The notes beneath the pieces are model-generated. The model did not search any database, had not been told where the DNA came from, and saw nothing but the letters and a program-made list of their open reading frames with translations. The position numbers and the translations under genes are program-made. This document shows, piece by piece, positions 57,019 to 64,000 of a DNA stretch of 64,000 nt (positions are counted from its first letter, which is position 1; every line of letters begins with the position of its first letter). The DNA is from an uncultured Actinomycetes bacterium (GTDB lineage: Bacteria; Actinomycetota; Thermoleophilia; UBA2241), in NCBI GenBank assembly GCA_963767005.1, contig CAVYCN010000004.1, positions 64,001 through 128,000 of the forward strand. Direction: 5' to 3'.

Positions 57019-57681
57019 CTAGGGCAGCCGAGCGAGGTCGGCGGCCCCGTCGAAGACCATGACGAGCGCCTCGCCGGCGGTGAGCTCGAGGCGGGCGTCA
57101 GGCTCGGCGACGCGGTTGCGCAGCCCGCGGCACACGGTCGCCGGCAGCGGCTCGTCGGTGAGCTCGTACTCGAGCCCGCGCAACGTGAGGACGACCCCCG
57201 CCGAGAGCGCCAGGACGGACACGCGGGCGCCGGCGGCGGCGCCGAGGCGCAGGCGCGCCGGCGCCCGCACGACGGTCGCGGCCAGGCCCGGCGCGGCGAT
57301 GCGCGCGGCCCGGCCGCGCGCGGCCAGGCCGCGCAGCACGCAGACGTGGCCGAGCAGGTGGTCGAGCGCGCCGCCGAGGGCGCCGAGCAGCACGAGCTCG
57401 CCGTCGAAGCGGGTCTCGGCGGCCGCCACGGCGAGCTCGGCGTCGGTTTCGTCCTTGCGCACCGGGTGCTCGAGGACCGTGATGCCGGCCGCCCTGGCCT
57501 CGGCCAGCAGGCCGGCGTCGAGCGAGTCGAAGTCGCCTACCAGCAGGGCGGGCCAGCGACCGTAGCGCCGCAGGAAGGCGTGGCCGCCGTCGGCGGCCAC
57601 GACCGCCTGCGCCGCGTCGACCCGGCGCAGGTACCAGGCGTCGTCCTCATAGTCGCCGTTCAGCAGGACGGCGACGGTCAT
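57019..57681 (-). CDS. thiN: Thiamine pyrophosphokinase
   Basis: AADGG, VGDFDS, KDETDAELA, GALGG.LDH; ATGA-coupled to thiT. Confidence 0.9.
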   Translation of the reverse strand: MTVAVLLNGDYEDDAWYLRRVDAAQAVVAADGGHAFLRRYGRWPALLVGDFDSLDAGLLAEARAAGITVLEHPVRKDETDAELAVAAAETRFDGELVLLGALGGALDHLLGHVCVLRGLAARGRAARIAAPGLAATVVRAPARLRLGAAAGARVSVLALSAGVVLTLRGLEYELTDEPLPATVCRGLRNRVAEPDARLELTAGEALVMVFDGAADLARLP

Positions 57682-58370
57682 GAGCGGCGAGCCCCGCGCG
57701 CCGCCGTCGCCTCGTCGTAGGCCGTGAGGACGAACACGAGCAGGACGGCCGTGATGATCGCCTCGGGCACGAGGTAGAGCAGGTTGTAGGTGAGCGAGTA
57801 CAGCCAGACGGGCTGGCCGGCCGGCGCGTACGAGGCGAAGTAGATGATGCCGGACAGGTAGTGACACACGAAGCGAGCTCCGGTGCCGACGGCGACGGCG
57901 CCGACGACGAGAGCGAGGAACGGGCGGGTCGCGCCGGGCGACCGCCGCATCCCGCGCCAGGCGGACCGCGCCGGCGATGACGGCAGCGGCACGAGCGCCG
58001 CCAGGCCGAGCGCCCCGAACGCCAGAGGGTAGTCGAGCGCCACCTGGAACGGCTGCACCAGGAAGGCGCCGGGCAACAGGAGCTGGACGAAGCCGTACAC
58101 CACCCCGACCGTGACCGCCGGCACCAGGCCGCGACGCACGGCGATGAACAGGATGGGCAGCATCTCGAGGCTCACCGAGCCGCCCTGGGGCATGACGAAC
58201 AGCTTGACCAGGCCGAGCGCCGCGGCCAGGGCGACGGCGATCGCCATCTCGGCGATGGCTGCCGTGCTCCAGCCGGCCGGGTTGGCGTTGACCCGGCCGG
58301 CCGCACGCCGCGACGCGCTCGCGTCGCCCGCGCCGCGGCTCTCGGCCGCCAGGTGAGGATGTCTCGACAT
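57678..58370 (-). CDS. thiT: ECF S-component thiamine transporter ThiT
   Basis: MPQGGSVSLEMLP, QVALDYPLAF, RFVCHYLSG, YAPAGQPVWLYSLTYN. Confidence 0.88.
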   Translation of the reverse strand: MSRHPHLAAESRGAGDASASRRAAGRVNANPAGWSTAAIAEMAIAVALAAALGLVKLFVMPQGGSVSLEMLPILFIAVRRGLVPAVTVGVVYGFVQLLLPGAFLVQPFQVALDYPLAFGALGLAALVPLPSSPARSAWRGMRRSPGATRPFLALVVGAVAVGTGARFVCHYLSGIIYFASYAPAGQPVWLYSLTYNLLYLVPEAIITAVLLVFVLTAYDEATAARGARRS

Positions 58371-58371
58371 G

Positions 58372-58500
58372 GGCCTCCCTTCGCTGGCATTACCCAGCAA
58401 CGTCCGATGGACGCCGCCACCCCTGCCGGGGCGGTCAGGTTCTGCGCGTCGGCGCTAGGAAGCGCCCTCTCAGCCCCTCGTCCAGGAGCTCCGCAGGACA
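58372..58500 (-). ncRNA. TPP riboswitch with a ~36-nt insertion in J4/5
   Basis: GCGGAGC...GCTGAGA...ACGC...AACCTGA-[insert]-CTGGGTAATGCCAGCGAAGGGAGG directly before the thiT ATG; SD within the aptamer 3' strand. Confidence 0.88.
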
Positions 58501-58601
58501 CCCCTGCATCATACCCCTTCGAGCCGCTTGTGCGCCGGCCGGCGGCCGGCCGCCGGCCGGCGATCCGTTTCAGACGCTTCGCGGGTGGCGTGAGAGCGCC
58601 C

Positions 58602-58925
58602 TGTGGAATATGTGGATAAGTTCCTTTTCGTCCGCTCGCAGGCTCGGAGCCGGGGTGCACAAACACTTCCCGTCGACGAGTCCCCTTGACAACCTGGTGC
58701 CGGTCGACTCAAGCGGACACACCCGCGATTTCCAGCACATTTATGGTGCACCGCTGGCCGGCGGCGGCGGCCGGCCCACACTGGGAGGCTGCCGGGGCGT
58801 GACGGCGCGGTCGGGCGCGCCACAAGGGCTCGTGAAAGCGTCCTTTCCACAAAAGCTGGTATTTGCGGACGCGGCCGCATTTCCCGGCCGGGGCATTCCA
58901 CAGATGTCGAAAACCCTGTGGACAA
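58602..58925. other. Upstream DnaA-box cluster (oriC part 1)
   Basis: TGTGGATAA (58611-19, perfect), TGTGGAATA (58602), CTTTCCACA (58843), CATTCCACA (58894), TGTGGACAA (58917); locally lower GC. Confidence 0.75.
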
Positions 58926-59002
58926 TCATGCCCGAAGCCCTGCAAACCGGCGTTTCAGACGGCGTTCGGCGCGCGTTCTGCTCTGCTATACTCCAACCCC
59001 CC

Positions 59003-59857
59003 ATGGAGTCGTTCCTCGACAGGCTGCTCGCCGCCGACGCGGCGCCCGCCCCGCGTTTGCCGGCCGGGACGCCGGGCGCCGGCACGGCCCTGGTCGACGC
59101 TGATCCGCCTGCCGCGGCCCCGCCGCCCGACGACGATGCCGCGCCGCGCGGCCCAGGGGCGCCGCGCATCGCCGTCTACGACACGCTCACCAGCCCACCT
59201 CGCGTGGTGAGCGTCGAGGAGCGCGATGTGCCCGCCCTGATCGCGGCCCTCGCCGAGCGCACCTACCACTCCTGCCGCGAGCAGGGCGGCAACGTGCCCT
59301 TCACGGTCATCAACGAGCTCATCGAGAACCTGATCCACGCCTTCTTCCGCGACGTCGTGGTCACCATCCTGGACGGCGGCCGGGTGGTGCGCATCTCCGA
59401 CCACGGCCCGGGCGTCGACGACAAGGAGCGCGCCTTTCTGCCGGGCTTCACGACCGCGAGCGCCGCGCAGCGGCGTTTCATCAGGGGCGTCGGGTCGGGT
59501 CTGCCGATCGCGCGCGAGTCGCTCGGCTTCCTGCGCGGCGCGATCACGGTCGAGGACAACCTCGGCGGCGGCGCCGTGTTCACCGTCAAGATGCCGCAGC
59601 AGGCGGCGCCCGAGGCGGCGCCGGCCGCCGCGCCGGCCGCGCCGCGCCTGTCGACCCGCCAGAAGAAGATCCTCGTCCTGCTCATGGAGCTCAACGTGGC
59701 GGGCCCGAGCGCGCTCGCCAAGGAGCTGCGTGTGGCTCCGGCGACGGCCTATCGTGAGTTGAATTTACTCGAGCAGATGGGCTTGGTACACTCGCGCCGC
59801 GACGGCAAGCGCGCCCTCACCGAAGAGGGCATGAACCTCCTCGAATCGCTCTTCTGA
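59003..59857 (+). CDS. GHKL (HATPase_c) ATP-binding protein with C-terminal winged HTH
   Basis: ELIENLIHA (N box), ISDHGPGV (G1), GVGSGLP (G2), GGAVFTV; C-terminal GPSALAKELRVAPATAYRELNLLEQMGLV..GKRALT; TATACT upstream. Confidence 0.82.
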   Translation: MESFLDRLLAADAAPAPRLPAGTPGAGTALVDADPPAAAPPPDDDAAPRGPGAPRIAVYDTLTSPPRVVSVEERDVPALIAALAERTYHSCREQGGNVPFTVINELIENLIHAFFRDVVVTILDGGRVVRISDHGPGVDDKERAFLPGFTTASAAQRRFIRGVGSGLPIARESLGFLRGAITVEDNLGGGAVFTVKMPQQAAPEAAPAAAPAAPRLSTRQKKILVLLMELNVAGPSALAKELRVAPATAYRELNLLEQMGLVHSRRDGKRALTEEGMNLLESLF

Positions 59858-59875
59858 CGGCCGGCCGGCACCGGT

Positions 59876-61354
59876 GTGGGGGTCGTCCCGTCCGTCCGCG
59901 CCGGGCACGGCACGGGTGGTAAGCGGGAACGCGACGATGGCGAGGCCGAGATCGACGAACAGCTGACACTCATCTGGAACGAGGCTCGCGACCAGATCCG
60001 GGGCCGCGTCAACGACGCCACCTTCCGCCTCTGGTTCGAGCGCACCGTACCCGTCGCGCTGACCGACGACGCCTTCGTCCTCGGGCTGCCCAACGAGTTC
60101 GCGCGAGACTGGGTCGAGTCGCGCTTCGGCGCGGTCCTGCGCGAGGCGCTGCGGCTGGTCCTGTCGGCCGACGTCGAGGTGCGCCTCGTGGTCGACGAGC
60201 GCGCCGCCGCCCTGGCGACGAGCGGCGCGCCCGACGAGCCCGCGCCGGCGACGCCCGGCCCGGAGCCCGATGAGCCGGCCGCCGTGCCGGCGACGCGGCC
60301 GGGCGACGCGGCGGGCCTCAACCCCCGCTACGTCTTCGACCGCTGGGTCATCGGCCCCCACAACGAGTACGCCACGGCGGTAGCGCGCAGCGTCGCCGAG
60401 TCGCCAGCGGCGGCCTACAACCCGGTCTTCGTCTACGCCGACACCGGCCTCGGCAAGACGCACCTGATCCAGGCGATCGCCCACCAGCTCCTGGTGACCG
60501 AGCCGCGCCGGCGTGTGAAGTACGTGACCTGCGAGCAGTTCATCGACGACTTCATCAGCGGCGTGAGCGAGAAGGGCCGCATCGAGGCCGACCGCTTCAA
60601 GGCGCACTACCGCACGAACGACGTCCTTCTGATCGACGACGTGCAGTTCCTCGCCGGCAAGGAGGGCACCCAGGTCGAGTTCTTCCATACGTTCAACGCG
60701 CTCTACGAAGCCGACCGCCAGATCGTGCTCACCTCCGACCGGCCGCCTCGCGAGCTCGAGGAACTCGACGACCGCCTCCGCTCGCGGTTCGGCCAGGGCG
60801 TGGTCGTCGACATCGGCCGGCCCGACGTCGAGACGCGCATCGCCATCCTGCGTCGCCAGGTCAAGGTCGACGACTTCCGCATCGCCGAGCCCGAGGTGCT
60901 CGACTACATCGCGAGCCGCGTGTCGACCAACATCCGCGAGCTGGTCGGCGCCCTGCGCCGGGTCGTGAGCTACGCCTCGATCACGCGCGGCGACGTGACC
61001 CTCGAGGTGGCCCGCGAGGCGCTCAAGGACATCCTGCCCAAGCCCTACGCGCAGCCGATCACGATCGAGGCGGTGCAGGGCGAGGTCGCCCGCCAGTTCG
61101 GCTGCCACGTGAGCGACCTGCGCGGCGATCGACGCAGCGCCGACGTCGCCTACCCGCGGCACGTCGCGATGTACCTCTGTCGCGAACTCACCGAGGCCTC
61201 GCTGCCGCAGATCGGCGAGCGCTTCGGCGGTCGCGACCACAGCACCGTCCTCTACGCCGTGAACAAGATCGAGCGCCTCATCCAGGACGGCCACGACCGC
61301 CAGCTCCACGACCTCGTCCAGGTCGTCACGCAGCACCTGCGCAGCGAGCGCTGA
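59876..61354 (+). CDS. dnaA: Chromosomal replication initiator DnaA
   Basis: [53 protein letters not shown]; start uncertain. Confidence 0.96.
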   Translation: MGVVPSVRAGHGTGGKRERDDGEAEIDEQLTLIWNEARDQIRGRVNDATFRLWFERTVPVALTDDAFVLGLPNEFARDWVESRFGAVLREALRLVLSADVEVRLVVDERAAALATSGAPDEPAPATPGPEPDEPAAVPATRPGDAAGLNPRYVFDRWVIGPHNEYATAVARSVAESPAAAYNPVFVYADTGLGKTHLIQAIAHQLLVTEPRRRVKYVTCEQFIDDFISGVSEKGRIEADRFKAHYRTNDVLLIDDVQFLAGKEGTQVEFFHTFNALYEADRQIVLTSDRPPRELEELDDRLRSRFGQGVVVDIGRPDVETRIAILRRQVKVDDFRIAEPEVLDYIASRVSTNIRELVGALRRVVSYASITRGDVTLEVAREALKDILPKPYAQPITIEAVQGEVARQFGCHVSDLRGDRRSADVAYPRHVAMYLCRELTEASLPQIGERFGGRDHSTVLYAVNKIERLIQDGHDRQLHDLVQVVTQHLRSER

Positions 61355-61423
61355 CCGCCTGCGGCGCCGCCCGGCGGCGGCGCTCCCACGACCGTGCGGA
61401 CCGGCCGGCAGCCCCCGCGCCGC

Positions 61424-61680
61424 TCCTCCACAACGCCCCTCTGCAGACCACTGCCGGCGCCCGTCCCTCAGCCTGTTGACGACCCTCTGGAGGGACGGTG
61501 GAGAATGTCGCACGCGGGGTCCAAACCGGATATGCTTGCCGCCTGCGGAGCCGCTCGCCGGCGGCACGAGGGGGTTTGTCCACACGCTCTCCACACCGCC
61601 GCCACAAGCCTCGCGTCACCGCAGGTGCAGGCAGACAGTCGGTTTCCCACACTGTCAACAGGGCCTACGACCATTACGAA
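61424..61680. other. oriC between dnaA and dnaN: DnaA boxes plus DnaA-trio unwinding element
   Basis: TTGTCCACA (61576), CTCTCCACA (61587), TTTCCCACA-CTGTCAACA (61643-60), then GGGC and CTA CGA CCA TTA CGA (61665-79). Confidence 0.8.
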
Positions 61681-61717
61681 GGTACCTCTACGGAGAGAGA
61701 GATAGTAAGGAGCCGGA

Positions 61718-62818
61718 ATGAGATTCGCCTGTGATCGCACGACGCTCGTCGAGAAGCTCAGCATCCTGGCCCGTGGTGTCTCCACGCGCAGCGCGCTGCC
61801 GGTGCTCTCCGGTATCCTGCTCCAGGCCCGCGAAGGCCGGCTCGATCTCTACTCCACCGACATGGAGCTGTCGATCAAGGCGAGCATCCCGACCCAGGTC
61901 GAGACCGACGGCGAAGCCGTCGTGCCGGCCCGGCTGTTCACCGACGTGGTGCGCAACATGGAAGCCGGCGAGGTGCGCGTCGAAGCCGGTGAGGGCGTCG
62001 TCAACATCGCCGCGGGTAAGGCCTCGTTCAGCCTGAACTCGTGGGTCGCGAGCGACTTCCCGCCGACGTCGTCGTTCGACATGGGCGCCGCCTTCTCGGT
62101 CGGCGTCGAGCCGTTCGTCGAGACGCTCGAGAAGGTAGGCCGAGCGGCGTCGCGCGACGAGACGCGGCCGATCCTCACCGGCGTGCTCGTCACGATCGGC
62201 GGCGGCAAGCTCAAGATGGTCGCCACCGACAGCTACCGTCTGAGCGTCAAGGAGACACCGCTCGAGGGCGGTCCGGCGAGCGAGATCCAGGCGATCGTGC
62301 CCGTCAAGGCGCTGGCCGAGGTGCAGCGCCTGGGCGCCGCCAGCGACGGCGCCGACCTGCGCCTCGTGATCACCGAGAACCAGGCGCTGTTCGAGGTCGG
62401 CGACGTGTGGATCGCCACGCGCCTGATCGACGGCCAGTTCCCCAACTACCGGCAACTCCTGCCCGAGAGCTTCGATCACGCGATCGCCCTCGACCGCGCG
62501 GCGCTGCTCGCCGTCACGCGGCGTGTCAGCCTGCTGGCCCAGAAGAACACCCCGCTGCGGCTGCAGTTCAGCGAGGGCAAGCTCACGATCCGCGCGGTCA
62601 CGCAGGACGTCGGCCAGGCCGAAGAGGAGCTCGACGCGCCGTTCAGCGGCGAGGGCTTCGAGATCGGCTTCAACCCGCTGTTCCTGATCGACGGTCTCGA
62701 GGGAGTCAGCGGCGACACGGCGACGCTCAAGTTCATCAACCCGCTCCGGCCCGGGCTCGTCACGGGCGCCGACGAGTCGTTCGTCTACCTCATCATGCCT
62801 ATCCGTCTGAGCAGCTGA
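61718..62818 (+). CDS. dnaN: DNA polymerase III beta sliding clamp
   Basis: STDMELS, ETRPILTG, VATDSYRL, RLIDGQFPNY, IGFNP, YLIMPIR. Confidence 0.96.
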   Translation: MRFACDRTTLVEKLSILARGVSTRSALPVLSGILLQAREGRLDLYSTDMELSIKASIPTQVETDGEAVVPARLFTDVVRNMEAGEVRVEAGEGVVNIAAGKASFSLNSWVASDFPPTSSFDMGAAFSVGVEPFVETLEKVGRAASRDETRPILTGVLVTIGGGKLKMVATDSYRLSVKETPLEGGPASEIQAIVPVKALAEVQRLGAASDGADLRLVITENQALFEVGDVWIATRLIDGQFPNYRQLLPESFDHAIALDRAALLAVTRRVSLLAQKNTPLRLQFSEGKLTIRAVTQDVGQAEEELDAPFSGEGFEIGFNPLFLIDGLEGVSGDTATLKFINPLRPGLVTGADESFVYLIMPIRLSS

Positions 62819-63030
62819 TCGACGTCGCCGTCAGGGGGCCCCTCACGCTGGGGGCGTTCGTCAAGCTGAGCGGCGTCGCCGCGACCGGCGGCGAGGCGAA
62901 GTTCCTCGTGCGCGACGGCGTCGTACGGGTGAACGGCGAGGTCGAGGTGCGGCGCGGCCACCACGTGAGTCCGGGTGACATCGTGGCCGTCGGCGATACG
63001 GAGTATCGCGTGTGTTCGTCTCCCGCCTGA
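62815..63030 (+). CDS. yaaA: S4-domain RNA-binding protein YaaA-like (non-canonical start)
   Basis: LTLGAFVKLSGVAATGGEAK...VRVNGEVEVRRG...PGDIV; canonical dnaN-yaaA-recF position; CTGA overlap with the dnaN stop. Confidence 0.8.
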   Translation: MIDVAVRGPLTLGAFVKLSGVAATGGEAKFLVRDGVVRVNGEVEVRRGHHVSPGDIVAVGDTEYRVCSSPA

Positions 63031-64000
63031 GGCTCGTCAACTTCCGCAGCTACGACGACGTCACGGTCGACTTCGCGCCCGGGCTCAACGTCATCGTGGG
63101 CCGCAACGCGAGCGGCAAGACCAACCTGCTCGAAGGCGCCTGGTTCGCGCTGCGGGCGAGCTCGCCGCGCACCACTCGCGACGACAAGGCGGTGCGCTGG
63201 GGAGCCGGCTACGCGAGGGCTGAGGCGACGATCGCGGCGGGCGCCGACGGCCCGGCTCGCACGCTCACCGTGGCCTACGCGCCGGGCCAGACCAAGCAGG
63301 CGCGCGTCGACGGCGCCGACGTCGCTTCACTCGACGACCTGCGTCGCCACGGCTGGGTCTTCATCTTCGTGCCGGAGAGCCTCCTGCTCGTGAAGGGCAG
63401 CCCGGCGCGCCGCCGGGCCCATCTCGACGCCTTCGGCGCGGCGCTCGACCCCGCCTACGAGGCCGGCCTGCGCGACCTGAACCTCGTGCTCCGGCAGCGC
63501 AACGCGCAGCTCTTTCGGGTGCGCGAAGGCGCGCCGGCCGACACGCTCGACGCCTGGGACCGCCAGCTCGCCAGGGTCGCGTTACCGTTCGCCGCGCGCC
63601 GCGCCGGCGTGGTCGACCGCCTGGCCGCGAGCTTCCGCGAGTTCGCGGCGGCACTCGCGCCCGACGGCGGCGCCTTTTCGCTCACGCTCGCCTCGCAGCT
63701 CGACGACCTGCCGCCGATCGCCGCCGGCGGCGACGCGACCGCCGTGTCCGCGACCGCGGTGCCCGCGATTCCCGCGGGCGCGCGCGAGGCGGCCTTCCTT
63801 GCCGCCCTGCGCGCGCGCCGCGCCGGCGAGGTGGGGCGCGCGACCTCGGCGTACGGCCCGCACCGCGACGACCTGCGGTTCGTCGAGGAGACGAGCGCGC
63901 CGCCCGTGGCGGTGGCCGACGCGGAGGAGCGTTCGCCGGCGGCCGCCGGCGCCGGCCCCGGTGGGCGCGACCTGCGCCTATTCGGCTCGCAGGGCGAGCA
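63012..64000 (+). CDS. recF: DNA replication/repair protein RecF (runs off window)
   Basis: GTG FVSRLRLVNFRSY, GRNASGKTNLLE, KGSPARRR, QRNA, YGPHRDDL, FGSQGEQ. Confidence 0.93.
   Translation, partial: MFVSRLRLVNFRSYDDVTVDFAPGLNVIVGRNASGKTNLLEGAWFALRASSPRTTRDDKAVRWGAGYARAEATIAAGADGPARTLTVAYAPGQTKQARVDGADVASLDDLRRHGWVFIFVPESLLLVKGSPARRRAHLDAFGAALDPAYEAGLRDLNLVLRQRNAQLFRVREGAPADTLDAWDRQLARVALPFAARRAGVVDRLAASFREFAAALAPDGGAFSLTLASQLDDLPPIAAGGDATAVSATAVPAIPAGAREAAFLAALRARRAGEVGRATSAYGPHRDDLRFVEETSAPPVAVADAEERSPAAAGAGPGGRDLRLFGSQGE

Overview
High-GC bacterial chromosome segment. UPF0182, a class E-like sortase, MMPL, leaderless promoters and U-tract-less terminators point to Actinomycetota; an anaerobic deep-branching lineage such as Thermoleophilia is an inference. 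The window ends at the replication origin. Left part: an amino-acid-derivative catabolic cluster (two tandem M20 amidohydrolases, SDR, EamA, TIGR00300 protein), secreted and lipoproteins, and a complete hdrCBA-flxDCBA operon behind a sigma70 promoter with a Rex-like box. Middle: tRNA-Asp, tRNA-Val, TetR/MMPL, ddl, fetAB, an ECF sigma with a putative anti-sigma, UPF0182, a 59-bp REP-like tandem array and a GAF-GAF-GGDEF protein. A ~17 kb co-directional block follows, with five non-pyrrolysine MttB-family methyltransferases, an amino-acid binding lipoprotein, lysine 2,3-aminomutase, a RACo/RamA corrinoid activator, three EamA transporters, kat and a frameshifted kce. This is the best candidate for an undescribed pathway (hypothesis: anaerobic demethylation of N-methyl-lysines feeding lysine fermentation). 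Right part: YbaK, sortase, moeA, thiN-thiT under a TPP riboswitch with an unusual two-hairpin insertion, and a bipartite oriC enclosing an uncharacterised GHKL-ATPase/wHTH gene plus dnaA, then dnaN, yaaA and recF. All calls come from reading motifs by eye; no database searches were run.
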